From Octopus bimaculoides (taxonomy: Eukaryota): DNA of 64,000 nucleotides. Position numbers and translations under genes: made by a program. Positions 1 to 13,960 of this stretch are shown piece after piece. The DNA is taken from assembly GCF_001194135.2 (NCBI RefSeq), contig NC_068991.1:16210438-16274437 (forward strand), written 5' to 3'. Position 1 is the stretch's first letter, and every line of letters begins with the position of its first letter. Under the pieces are notes generated by a model. It saw nothing but the letters and a program-made list of their open reading frames with translations, had not been told where the DNA came from and searched no databases.

Positions 1-151
1 ATATATATATAGGTGCATATGACAGGCTTCCACACAGTTTCTGTCTACCAAATTCACTAACAATGGGCTAGTGTAGAAGACACTTGCCCAAACTACTGTG
101 ACACATGCCTGTTACTAACTATACAAAATAATAATAATAATAATGACAATG

Positions 152-196
<45 letters not shown>

Positions 197-198
<2 letters not shown>

Positions 199-693
199 GT
201 GTTATCGTGTACACTGTTTTGTCTTGGTATAAAAGATGGACTACAGCAAATATTATGCTCAATACCACAGATTTGCTTGTCAGTTGTTTGACCTTAACCA
301 GTTGAGCATGTCCCTTGGTGGCTGATGATATGTGCATCTGTGATCATGAGCAGAAGTAGTGGAGGAGCATCATAGCCGTGTGTTGAAAGGAATTCTTAGA
401 GGTTTGGATAATTCACCTTTGGAAACATGGGTGGTTCGTTCAACATCCTTAAACAACCCGTATTTAGGGACCATTTGAGCGGGATGGACTACTCGACCAG
501 AAGAAAATTCTAACTGGGCCCCACCTGCACCGTCATGTGCTGTTTATCTTGATATGAGATCATCATGTCGCGCACATATGGTTGTGATGTATGTGCCTGG
601 TGTACCCTTATCAGACGGGTAGTCATGGTGGGTATACTGGGCTTCATATATTTTACCCCAGTGTCACTTTGATGGTATGCACTGCTCTCTCAC
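197..693 (-). mobile_element. Dispersed repeat (retroposon-like family); second copy at 5424-5656 (+) and a fragment at 9588-9730 (+)
   Basis: 197-693 is the reverse complement of the gtgagagagcagtgcatg...gacactggggtaaaatatac...ggtggggcccagttagaattttcttc block seen at 5424-5656; ends in an (ATT)n tail. Confidence 0.75.
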
Positions 694-2499
694 ACAATAA
701 TAATAATAGTACAGGAATAAATTATGTTTATTGTACACCAATTAGTGTAGTATTGTATGATATGCCCAATCAGTGATCGTCTCATCACTATTTCAGCATG
801 TACAGTGAAGATCATTCATTGCTCACAATATAATAACAGAAGTTAAGAAAAGATTGTAAATAAGTAAACAATAAAAATAGCTGAAAGCTAAAAGAAATAT
901 AACAAAAAAAACTACAATTTCTTGGAAGTCATCCAAAAAAACCCTCCTAGGAGTGTCCATCATTCCCAAATATTCTTATTAAAGTCAAGCATAAAAATAA
1001 TTGAGGATTGGGTCTGTCTGACCAGAAATATCCTGCAAATAAGAATGCAGGAAATACAAACCAACTAGGTTACTTCTACTCAATCAGCCAACTTGCTAGA
1101 AATGGCAGCCAAAATTCTTCTTCATATTACATCCTGTTGGCATTTTGTTTTTATTTTCTGGGGTTTTTTTTTTTGTTTTTAAAGGACAAATAGGGAAACA
1201 TTAAATAATGCAGACCTTGATATACTGTGCCTGAATACTGCAGGAAAGCAGTGATAGTCAAAGGATAAGAGTCCTTTTGACCATAGGGCTGCTTGGTCCT
1301 AACAGATTTAAAATTAAAAACAAACCACCACTACCCCTACCACCACCAATACTACTACTACTGCTGGTTATGATGCAAGTTATTTCTACAGACTCATAAC
1401 GGATACTAATATTTTGTTTGTAAATTACGCTATTTACCTTTACACATACATACCCACATACAAACGTTCACATATATATACATGTGGATGTAAGAATATA
1501 TATAGGCACATAGATATATAGATATAGTATTATTTTATATATATATATATATATNNNNNNNNNNNNNNNNNNNNNNNNNNNNNNNNNNNNNNNNNNNNNN
1601 NNNNNNNNNNNNNNNNNNNNNNNNNNNNNNNNNNNNNNNNNNNNNNNNNNNNNNNNNNNNNNNNNNNNNNNNNNNNNNNNNNNNNNNNNNNNNNNNNNNN
1701 NNNNNNNNNNNNNNNNNNNNNNNNNNNNNNNNNNNNNNNNNNNNNNNNNNNNNNNNNNNNNNNNNNNNNNNNNNNNNNNNNNNNNNNNNNNNNNNNNNNN
1801 NNNNNNNNNNNNNNNNNNNNNNNNNNNNNNNNNNNNNNNNNNNNNNNNNNNNNNNNNNNNNNNNNNNNNNNNNNNNNNNNNNNNNNNNNNNNNNNNNNNN
1901 NNNNNNNNNNNNNNNNNNNNNNNNNNNNNNNNNNNNNNNNNNNNNNNNNNNNNNNNNNNNNNNNNNNNNNNNNNNNNNNNNNNNNNNNNNNNNNNNNNNN
2001 NNNNNNNNNNNNNNNNNNNNNNNNNNNNNNNNNNNNNNNNNNNNNNNNNNNNNNNNNNNNNNNNNNNNNNNNNNNNATATATATATATATATATATATAT
2101 AAAATAATACTATATATATATATATATATTAATGGTGCAAAACTGAGTAATTTCAATCTGGTTGATTACTGATGAAGAATTAGAGACCTTCTGTGCCTGT
2201 CTTCTGTCCATTTGTGCATTCAGTATACGTTATACATTTTTTACAATACATTTTTTATTTTAGATATATATGTATATGTATATATGTATATGCACACACA
2301 CACACACATATACATATACATACATGTGTGTGTGTGTGTGTGTGTAATTATCAGTTTGTTGCCCATAAGTTAGAAAATAGTACATTCAATATGAGAAATG
2401 AAGACTCTCTTTCAGAATCAAAGATAGGCCCAATGTTACAATGCTAGCCAACTTAATATGGCAATTAAAAGAGGATCCCTTACCATACAAAAGCAACTA

Positions 2500-2985
2500 G
2501 AAATTGTTACAACGACCTGGACCACATCTGAATGAAAGTGATCATTGCAAGCTTTGCTTGGTAGAAAGGAAAAAATCATCCTCGTCCATATGCATCACAT
2601 GACCATACAAACACAGACTTCTCTCTTACATGCAACATATGATGCCTCATATACCCAATTTTTCTATTAATTCATTTACAGTGTTGCACATGCATACTGA
2701 TATTACCCATCCAGTGGAGCATGCTGGTTTCATTTCTTTCAAGCCTTCACAGGTCTTCTGTAACTACAGCCCATGTTTCACTGCCATGCAGCATAGTTGT
2801 ACATACACAGACATCATACAATCTGCCTTTCACTCTGCGGTAGAGATCCTTTGTTACTAACAACGGTAGTAGCTCACTGAACTTTGCCCAGCCGATTCTT
2901 TTTCTAGCAGCTACACTTTCAGAATTTCCTCTTCCACTGCTAACTTGTTCATGTAGGTAAAGGAAGCTATCCACACCTAAAATTT
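2500..2985 (-). mobile_element. RTE-clade LINE remnant (RT C-terminal region)
   Basis: Translation ESVAARKRIGWAKFSELLPLL...VKGRLYDVCVCTTMLHGSETWAV...RLERNETSMLHWM resembles RTE LINE ORF ends; decayed. Confidence 0.8.
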
Positions 2986-3762
2986 CTTCTCTAGTTCAGG
3001 TAGGGATTCAGTTATAAGAACAAAATCATCTACATAGAGGAACTCCCAAGGGAAGCCAGACAGCTGCTCTGGCAACGATCACGCTCGAACGGTGCTCTTA
3101 GTGCTCCACTGGTACAGGTGCCATCACGATTTCACTTTCGCTTGCCCCAACAGGTCTTCGCAATATAATATATTGTATTTGGGGAGGGTCATTTTTTTAA
3201 TCACCAAATAAACACACGCACTATATATTTGTTCTTCACTCGTTTATTACTGTTCATATTTTAACTCATGTCCATATAGAGGGCGCTATAGAATCAAGGT
3301 GGACAGTGTAGCCAAAATGAATAATATAATTTTATGATTAAAGCAGGGAAAACGAAAATTCAGTTATCTGAACAATTCATAGTAGTCATTTAAAGGCCAG
3401 GTAATCCTGCATGTGTTAAGCAAGGTAAACAAAATGATATTTATGGTGGATCATATGCGTGTGTGTGTGTGAGACGTGTGTATGTATGTATGTATGTATT
3501 TGTAAGCACTCAAATATGTGACAAAATGTTGTGCCTATGTGTGTGGATACATACCAATGCAAATATCAGAATGTAAATATATCTATATGTTCTACACGTA
3601 GACACACAAACACACACACACAGAGGCATACACGTACACTTCCTTAACTCTAAATTTGACAGATTTGACAGCCACCATTTAAACTAGTTGTTCTCTCCCT
3701 CTATCACCTCTCCCTTTCTCCCTGCTTCTGTCTCTCTGTCACTCTCCCTTTCTCTCTCTCTC

Positions 3763-3807
<45 letters not shown>

Positions 3808-3810
3808 ATA

Positions 3811-3862
<52 letters not shown>

Positions 3863-3957
3863 GATATAGATATGTCACAGTTTCTCTCTCTCTCTCTCTC
3901 TTTTCTCTTTATACCGTTCTAGCTCTGCTTCTCTCTTTCTCATTCTTTAATTTCGTC

Positions 3958-4019
3958 ATGTCAAATTTATTCTTATTCATCTGTGCTGGCCTCGTTCTTA
4001 CAAGGAATTCCTTAACAAG
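3958..4019 (+). CDS. EGF gene exon 1 (signal peptide)
   Basis: ATG at 3958 with G at -3; hydrophobic [11 protein letters not shown] core; AG|GTTTGA donor at 4020 in phase 2, which fits exon 2 (AG+T = Ser). Confidence 0.65.
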
Positions 4020-4681
4020 GTTTGATGCTTATAATTATTATTTGTTTTGTTTCTTGTGTTAATGATTATTATTATTATTCTTTTAGCTCGGGTTTCATTG
4101 GAAATCCTGTAGCGGGCTGCTATGTGCAGCCTAGGATACCATGCTATCTGTTCTTTTCAGCTAATACTTTTCTGATGATTCTGTCCATGCCAAAGAGGCA
4201 AAACCATTTGTAACAAACCTACTGAGCACTCTATTCTGGTTTCTTTTATATTCCTCTTGATGCCTTCTGATACTGTCCACAACGACACAACAGCAATTGA
4301 CACTATCTTCACCTTCTTCATATTCCATAGTTGGGCTATTTCATATTTAACAGGGTTATATATGTCTATTTTGTTTTTGCCTTCTTTCTTGACTATTTGT
4401 GGATTAAAGGGACATGCAATATCACTTATATAGCATTATTTGTTTTTAAAGCAGTGAGCTGGTAGACTTCTTAGCATGCTGGGCAAAATGCTTAGCAACA
4501 TTTCATGTGTCCTTATGTTCTGAGTTCAAATTCCGTTGAGACTAACTTTGCCTTTTATCCTTTCAGGGTTGATAAAAAAAAAGTACCAGTTGTGTACTGT
4601 GGTTGATGTAATCAACTATCCCTTCCCCCAAATTTCAGGCCTTGTGCCTATAGTAGAAAGAATTATTATTATTACTACTAC

Positions 4682-4714
<33 letters not shown>

Positions 4715-4837
4715 CATTATTAATATTATTATTATCATTATTATTATTATCAATATTACTATTATCATTATTATTATTATCAATATTATTATTATTATTA
4801 TTATTATCAATATTATTATTATTATTATTATTATCAA

Positions 4838-4911
<74 letters not shown>

Positions 4912-5678
4912 NNNNNNNNNNNNNNNNNNNNNNNNNNNNNNNNNNNNNNNNNNNNNNNNNNNNNNNNNNNNNNNNNNNNNNNNNNNNNNNNNNNNNNNNN
5001 NNNNNNNNNNNNNNNNNNNNNNNNNNNNNNNNNNNNNNNNNNNNNNNNNNNNNNNNNNNNNNNNNNNNNNNNNNNNNNNNNNNNNNNNNNNNNNNNNNNN
5101 NNNNNNNNNNNNNNNNNNNNNNNNNNNNNNNNNNNNNNNNNNNNNNNNNNNNNNNNNNNNNNNNNNNNNNNNNNNNNNNNNNNNNNNNNNNNNNNNNNNG
5201 CTGCAATCTGGCAGAATAATTAGCATGCTGGGCGAAATGCTTAGCGGTATTTCGTCTGCCGCTACGTTCTGAGTTCAAATTTTGTTGAGGTGGACTTTGC
5301 CTTTCATCCTTTCAGGGTCAATAAATTAAGTATCAGTGAAACACTGGGGTCAATGCGATTGACTAGTCCCCTCCCCACAAATTTCAGGGTTTTTGCCTTT
5401 AATAGAAAGTATTATTATTATTGAGTGAGAGAGCAGTGCATGCTACCAAAGTGACACTGGGGTAAAATATACAAAGCCCATTATACCCATCATGACTACC
5501 CGTCTGATAAGGGTACGCCAGGCTCATGCATCACAACCATATGTGCGCGACATGGTGATCTCATATCAAGATAAACAGCGCATGACCTCGCAGGTGGGGC
5601 CCAGTTAGAATTTTCTTCAGGTCGAGTAGCCCATCCCGCTCAAGAGGTCCCTGAATAATAATAGTAATAATAATAATA

Positions 5679-5719
<41 letters not shown>

Positions 5720-8700
5720 CAAAGGCAGTGAGCTGGCAGAATCCTTAGTATGAATTTCACTCATTGCTAAATTCTGAGTTCAAATTCTCCCGAGGTCGAC
5801 TTTGCCTTTCATCCTTTCAGGGTCGATAAAATGAGTACCACTTGAGTACTGGGGTCGATGTTATCGACTATTCCCTGCCCCCAAATTTCAGGTCTTGTGC
5901 CTAAAATAGAAAGGATCATTATTATCATTATTGTTTTTGGTGGTGTTGATGTTGTTTTTGCTGTTCTTTTTGTTGTTGTTATTTATAGTAAACTGGGGAG
6001 TTATATGATTAACTAAAAAATCTTTGAAGGTGTGCCCCAGCATGGCCATGGTGTAATGACAGAATAGCAAAATAAAAGAATAATGCTACAAATAATAACA
6101 ATATCATTTCTGACAGTACATAAACTGTCAATCTGTCAGTGATTTTGGTGCAGCTCCGATGTTATTGTTGTTATTGTTGCTGATGGTGTTACTGTTAAGT
6201 TTGGCTATGTTCATTTATGTGTGTGTGTGTGTGTGTGTGTGTGTGGATTTATGAGTATGCGTTTGTGTGATTTGTGTATGTGTATGTGTGCGTATGTGTG
6301 TGCATGTGTGTGAGAAAGAATTTGTGAGTATATGTTTGGGTGATTTGTGTGTGTGTGTGTGTGTGTGTGCGTGTGTGTGTGTGAGAATTTGTATGTGTGT
6401 GTGTGTGAATTTTTGAGTATGCGTTTGTGTGATTTGTGCATGTGTGTATGTGTGTGCATGTGTGTGAGAGAGAATTTGAGAGTTTGCGTTTGAGTGATCT
6501 GTGTGTGTGTGTGTGTGTGTATGTGAGAATTTGTATGCGTTTGTGTGATTTGTGCATGTGCATATATGTGTGCATGTGTGTGAGAGAGAATTTGCAAGTA
6601 TGTGTTTGGATGATTTGTGTGTGTGTCTGTGAGAATTTGTATGCATTAGTGTGATTTGTGTGTGTGTGTGTGTGTGTAATGTGTGGTGTGTGTGTGTGTG
6701 TTTGAATAGGTGTGAGTTTGTGGCAGTGTGTGTATTCATGTGTATGTCTGTAAGTGAGCATACATTTGTGTATGTTTGTGTGCTGTGGGCTTGTGTTTGT
6801 AAATGTGTAAGTCTGTGCATATGTGTGGATATCTGTATGTGCACCCATTTTAATGTGCATGTATGTATTTGTGTGTGCATATACGTGTATCCGTATGCAT
6901 GTGTCTCCTGTATATGTGTGCTTGTGTGTATGTATGGTTGTCTAGTGTGTGTGTGTCTATATTTTCTGTGCTTGCATATAAGTATATGTATGTGGATGAG
7001 TGCTTCTGTATATTTCAATGTGCAACTCTAAGACTTCTGTATATTTATGAGGTTGTCACTGAATGTTTTTATTGTACTTTAACAATTTACACATTCTTTT
7101 GACTATAACAATAGATTCTGACATGGACACAAGGCCAAACATTCTGCAGGCTGATTAAACTGATTTAGCCAGTATTTATTTGATTGGTCCATAACCCCAC
7201 CCGCTGGAAGCGTAATTTGCTTGCATAGCCAGTGGAGTGGCATCATTTGATAGCTAAAGCAATGTGAAGCACATTGTGATCAGCAATGTGTAACAACATC
7301 CAATAGTCTAGTCGATACTATGATATTATATATATATATATATATATATATNNNNNNNNNNNNNNNNNNNNNNNNNNNNNNNNNNNNNNNNNNNNNNNNN
7401 NNNNNNNNNNNNNNNNNNNNNNNNNNNNNNNNNNNNNNNNNNNNNNNNNNNNNNNNNNNNNNNNNNNNNNNNNNNNNNNNNNNNNNNNNNNNNNNNNNNN
7501 NNNNNNNNNNNNNNNNNNNNNNNNNNNNNNNNNNNNNNNNNTATATATATGTACATAAAACATAGCAGACACACAGGTGTGTGTGTGTGTGTGTACACAT
7601 GTGTGCACACCACATGTGTGCACACCACATGTGTAGTGATATATATAAAAAAATGTAGTCCTACTTTTAGCAATACCACATACCTTTTCATAATAACTTG
7701 TAAGTTTATTAAAGCAATAATTTTTATCTTAACACACACAAACAAGCTCACAAATATATACTTATGTGTGTGTATACATATATATATATGTATAAACATA
7801 CGTGCGTGTGTGTATGCATGTCTATAATCGCACGCACGCGCCTCATGTAACAATACGTTATATAAGCGTGGAATCCTAGGAAACCGGTGGCGGTTTTAAA
7901 AGGTGAATAAATGTTTGCTCTAAAAGAAGAAAAAAACGTGACATTTAATCATAAAATATCACAAGAGGAATATTTTTAAAAAAACCAATCTTTTTCAAGT
8001 AAATCCATTCATGTTTGTGCTAGTACTAGTTGTCTCCCCTCCACGCATCTCTCTCTCAGCTTTTCTTCAGGAAATATTGCTTTGCCATTGAAACTTGTTA
8101 AATATATTTTCTCGATTTTACTGTGTTAGGCAATCGCTAATAGTGTTTTATCGGAAATTTTTGAAACTAACACAAACTGTATGTGTTGGATAATTTTGTG
8201 TGTTCGTCCTGGGTAGGTCTGTCAGAATTATCTTCTCCTTAATATGTACGAACCATATCTACATATTTATATATACTCTTTTACTTGTTTCAGTCATTTG
8301 ACTGTGGCCATGCTGGAGCACCGCCTTTAGTCGAGCAAATCGACCCCAGGAATTATTCTTTAGAAGCCTAGTACTTATTCTATCGGTCTCTTTTGCCGAA
8401 CCGCTAAGTTATGGGGGCGTAAACACACCAGCATCTGTTGTCAAGCGATGTTGGGGGAACAAACACAGACACACAAACATATACACACACATACATATAT
8501 ATATATACATATATACGACGGGCTTCTTTCAGTTTCCGTCTACCAAATCCACTCACAAGGCTTTGGTCGGCCCGAGGCTATAGCAGAAAACACTTGCCCA
8601 AGATGCCACACAGTGGGACTGAACCCGGAACCATGTGGTTGGTAAGCAAGCTACTTACCACACAGCCACTCCTGCGCATTTATATATTTATCTTAATTTT

Positions 8701-11510
8701 CAATTGCGCGCATGACTGTCGTGGCGGAACTCCACTAATCATAGAGGTACTTGATTAGGCCCTGAATTGTACTTAATTATGACCACCACAATTACCAAAT
8801 TCACTTCATTTGCATGAAATAACAACCAAATTTACTTTAAAAATCGCTCATACTTTTTCTTTTTCTTTTTTTTTTTTTTGAAAAGGATAGACACATAGTC
8901 TTATGTACTTTATACTTGAATATATAAACAAAAAAACTAAAGCAGTCAAGACTGGATTAGAGAAGTATTAAGGCTAACTTAGGAGTGGAATCACCTACTA
9001 ATCCATTAGCACCAAATGATCTTGTTACAATTGTTATTGTTTAGCCACAAGCTATCCACGACCAGATTATCTCGTGTCCTTTTTTTTTTTTGATGTCAGT
9101 AGTGTTGTAAGATTTTAGGAACAAATTGGCTGTTATTTCTAGCAAGATGACTGACCATGTAGATGTTCCCTCATTGACTCATAACTGGCATTGTTTTTAA
9201 ACATTACATTCAACATTACCTGTTTCTCAGCTTGTTTGTTTATTTGTATGTATGTATGTGTATGTATGTATGTATGTATGTATGTATGTATGCATGTATG
9301 TGATTGTATGTATCTATGTATGTATGTGTATATGTGTGTGTATGTATGTATGTTCTTTTCTTTGGCCATTATTTTATTTCTTTACCCATTTCATTTTACA
9401 GCAGCGAAACATGCACCAACCAGTGCAACTGCAAAACCTGGTTTGGGGTGAATGCATGCAAATTTAGGTATGTTGACAGCCTTCTTCTTCTTCTTCTTCT
9501 TATTCTTCTTCTTATTATTATTATTCTCCTCCTCTTCCTCCTCCCTCCCCCTCCATCCCTCCCCCTCCTCCTCTTCCTCCTCATCATTGAGTGAGAGAGC
9601 AGCACATGCNNNNNNNNNNTTATTCTCCTCCTCTTCCTCCTCATCATTGAGTGAGAGAGCAGCACATGCCACCAAAGTGACACACACAGGTACAATTATA
9701 CAAAGCCCAATATACCCATCATGGGGACTGTCACATTAAGTTCACAGCATACAACTACTATGATCTTGGTGTGTTTACGTGCCCGTAACTTAGTGGTTCG
9801 GCAAAAAGAGATCGATAGAATAAGTACTAGGCTTACAAAGAATAAATCCTGGGGTTGATTTGTTTGACTAAAGGCAGTGCTCCAGCATGGCCACAGTCAA
9901 ATGACTGAAACAAATAAAAGAATAAAAGAAAGAATAATTAATTCTTCGCTTAGATGGTGAGCTAGCAGAATTGTTGGCACACAGGGCAAAATGCTTAGTG
10001 GCATTTTATTCAGCCTTATGTTCTGAGTTCAAATTCTACCAAGGTCACCTTTCAGGGCTCAATAAAATAAGTAGCAGTTAAGTACTGGGGTAGGGTGATG
10101 TAATCAACTTAACCCCTCTCCCAAACTTAGTGGCCTTGTACCAACATTTGAAATCAATAATTAATTCTTTGTTTTAGGTGGCAAGCTGGCTGAAGTGTAA
10201 GCATGTCGGACAAAACACTTAGCAGCTTTTCTCCCATTTTTTTTTTTATATTCTAAACTCAAACCCCACCAAGGTTTAATTTTGCCTCTCATAATTTCAG
10301 TGGGGGCAATAAAATAAAGTACCAGTCAAGAACAGTGGGGTCAACGTAATCAGCTTAATCCCTCATCCTCACAGAATTGCTGGTCTTGTGCCAAAATTAG
10401 AAAAGGACTATTAATTCTTTATTTGTGTGTTTAATTTTACAGTGAACATCTCCAGAAGAACTGTAAATGTTGTCCAGGTTTCTACATCACAAACGAATAC
10501 ACATGTGAAGGTTTGTACATCACTGTACTTTTTAACTTTCTTACTGGTTCCATTTATTGTGCTGTGGACATGCTGGGCCATACGTTTTCATCAGTACGTG
10601 TGGGTGGCATGTAAAAGCACCCACTACACTCTGAGTGGTTGGCGTTAGGAAGGGCATCCAGCTGTAGAAACTCTGCCAAATCAGATTGGAGCCTGGTGTT
10701 GCCATCCGGTTTCACCAGTCCTCAGTCAAATCGTCCAGCCCATGCTAGCATGGAAAGCGGACGTTAAACGATGATGATGATGAATAACATCAACCACCAC
10801 CACCACCACCAAAACTACTCCAGAACTTATTTTCCTGACTAGGTCTTATTCATTTTATTGTAATTTGAAAAATTCAAGGCAAATCGAAACTGGGAGAAAT
10901 TCAAACTTAAGAAGATACCCAAGAAAATACCACATGACGTTTTATCTGATGCTGTTCCATTTCTGCCATCTACCGGTCATATTTGATTTATGGTAGGATT
11001 TCAATTGTTCCCATTTGCTTTTGTTTGTGATTATTGTTATTGTTATTGTTTAACCACATCTCATCTCAGAATATGCAAACTTATGATATATATATATATA
11101 TATATATATATCAGATTGGAGGCTGGTGTTGCCATCCGGTTTCACCAGTCCTCAGTCAAATCGTCCAACCCATGCTAGCATGGAAAGCGGACGTTAAACG
11201 ATGATGATGATGATGATGATGATGATATATATCTGTAAAAATATGTGACACTTATTCGGTAGCCATGATAAAACTCCGAGTTTCGGATGCCAGGGTGGGT
11301 ACCCACACCAACATCTCTTCAGTTATCCGGACAGGAATTTTCAATGGCCGGATAACTGAAGAGATGTTGGCATGGGTTCCCATCCCAGCATCCGAAACTC
11401 GGAGTTTTATCATGGCTAACAAATAAGTGTCACATATTTTTACAGATAAATTCCTCTATTTACATAATATCAAGGTCTCTTTCTTTCTTTTGTTGTCCTT
11501 TCTATCAATA

Positions 11511-11551
<41 letters not shown>

Positions 11552-11959
11552 CCATTATCATCATTGTTTCAAAGTCCAATTTTCCATACTTGCATGGGTT
11601 GTACAGAATTTGTCAAGGTAGATTTTCTCCAGCTGCATGCCCTTCCTGTCACCAACTTTCACCTGTTTCCAAGTAAGGTGATATTTCCCTATGACCAGAC
11701 ATGTCTTGGATGACTGGAAATGAAAGGACACCATTTGCATGACACTGAAAACTATCATGTGATGTCAAAGAAAGGAGACACCAACACACACATGCACATT
11801 TTTCTCCGTGTTTTTCTCCTTGTCTCCATATTCTTTCTGTTGAAGAGCGTAGCTCGAAATGTTAAAGACTTTCCGTATTCCCGGGCGTCATACTAATACA
11901 TCCTTTTGTTGTTTACACCACCTGTCCTCGTCTGTTGTTGTTTTTTTTCATACATTCTC

Positions 11960-12002
<43 letters not shown>

Positions 12003-13903
12003 ACAGACATCTTTCAGTTTCCATCAACCAAATCCACTCTCAAGGATTTGGTCAGTCTGGGGCTATGGTGAAAGATACTTGCCCAAGTGATTGGGAAACA
12101 AACTTATTACTACACAGCCACATCTATATACTGAAGCAACTACTACAATGTAGAAGAGCCAGTTTATCCATTTGAAAACATACAAAATCTGTTAATATTC
12201 ACCTTTTCTATATTTCTAAACAATACTGTAAAGTTGGTGTGTGTGAAACAGTATCATTGTCTCTGGGGTGTATAGCCAGGCCACTATTATCTCCCTTCCT
12301 ATTCATAAGGTGCTATAATGCTTCATTGCACCATTGCATTAATTAAATAAAATCTATGAAATCCCTCTCTCAAACATTTTTGTTTTTCCCTACAGATGTA
12401 AATGAATGTCTAAAGAAACCAGTAATCTGTCAACAGGACTGTATAAACACCATAGGAAGTTATCACTGTTCTTGCAAAAAGGGGTTTTACCTGGAAAAAA
12501 ATAACCACACCTGTAAAAGTAATTATGACTTTTTATTTATTCATTTTTAACTGTCCTGTGATATACAGAACATCAGTCTGTCCATCCCTTGCCATGCTCT
12601 TGTTTATTTCAACAAGTTTTTTTACTGTTCTTGTCATCAGGAGTTTTACCTGGAGGAAAATAAACACACCTGTAAAAGTAATAATGACATTTTATTTATT
12701 TATTCATCTTTAACCATTCTGTGTTGTACAGAGTATTGATCCAGCCACCCTATGCTGTACTCCTAGTTTATTTCCAAGAGTTTTATTGCATACCTTTTGA
12801 GAAGAACTCTATGTGTGGTTCAAACTAGTATGTGTGAAACAGTATCTTCGTCTCAGGGTGTATATAGCCAGGTCACTATTATCTCCCCTCCCATTCAACG
12901 TCTTGTCATTTCGGCATGTGAAACTTCTAACCCAGACACGTTTTTTTGTTTTTTTTTGCCTCTTTCCCATTATTTCTCTTTATTTTTCTTTCCTCATTTC
13001 TCTCTGTTGAAGAGCATAGGCTCGAAATATCAAAGACTTTTCTATTTTCCCTGAACCAGACTAATACATCTTGTTTGTTGTTCCCTCACCTGTCTCTATC
13101 TTTTGGTTTTTGTACATTTGAACCATATGAACCTTGTGTGTGTGTGTGCATGTGCATAATGGGAGTGCAACTCATAAGCAAGTCTATACAGTATATGTGG
13201 TCAGAATTGACATGTCTGCAATGGTGTGAATATCTCTGGATGTATATAGTTGTGGTGAGGCTTCAGTTTATGATACAAGTATATATGGTATATGTAGTCA
13301 GAATTGGAATGTCTGAAATGGTATAACTGTCTCTGTGAGTATATATTTGTGATGACGGTACAAGTTATATGCAAGTACAAATGGTACATGTAGTCAGAAT
13401 TAGTCTGTGTGAAATGGTATGACCATCTCTGGGTGTATATGATTGTAATGAGGGTGCAATTTATATCCAAGTACATACGGTATATGTCGTTAGACTGTTA
13501 TGCCTGGAATAGTTTAACTCTCCCTGGGTGTTTATAAAAGCAATAGAAGTGCAACTTATATGCAAGTATATACAGTATGTATAAATAGAATTGATGTATC
13601 TGACATGGTATGAATGTCTTAGTGAGTGTATATAATAATGGTGATATTATCATAGAGTGAAATGCTTTTTATTTCTGTACAATACAGGTAAAACTAATTG
13701 TCAGAACATGTATCCCCAGTGTGAACACTATTGCAAAGACCTCAAAACTGGTCCAGTTTGCTTTTGTAATGAAGGTTATGAACTGTCTCACGATGAATTT
13801 TCTTGTGTTCGTAAGTACTTTAAGTTTTATATCACATCAAAATATAATCAAATTTCGAATACTCATCATCGTCATCATCATCATCATCATTTAACATCTA
13901 TCT

Positions 13904-13960
<57 letters not shown>

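Noticed and set aside
1530-2156. ORFs full of X (also at 4536, 7280, 19000, 20189, 22444, 27692, 40236, 45877)
   Set aside because: They run through N assembly gaps.
6211-7102. HT-rich and CV-rich ORFs (also 25910-27132, 28500-28970 and similar)
   Set aside because: (CA/GT)n and (TA)n repeats lack stops in some frames; these are artefacts.
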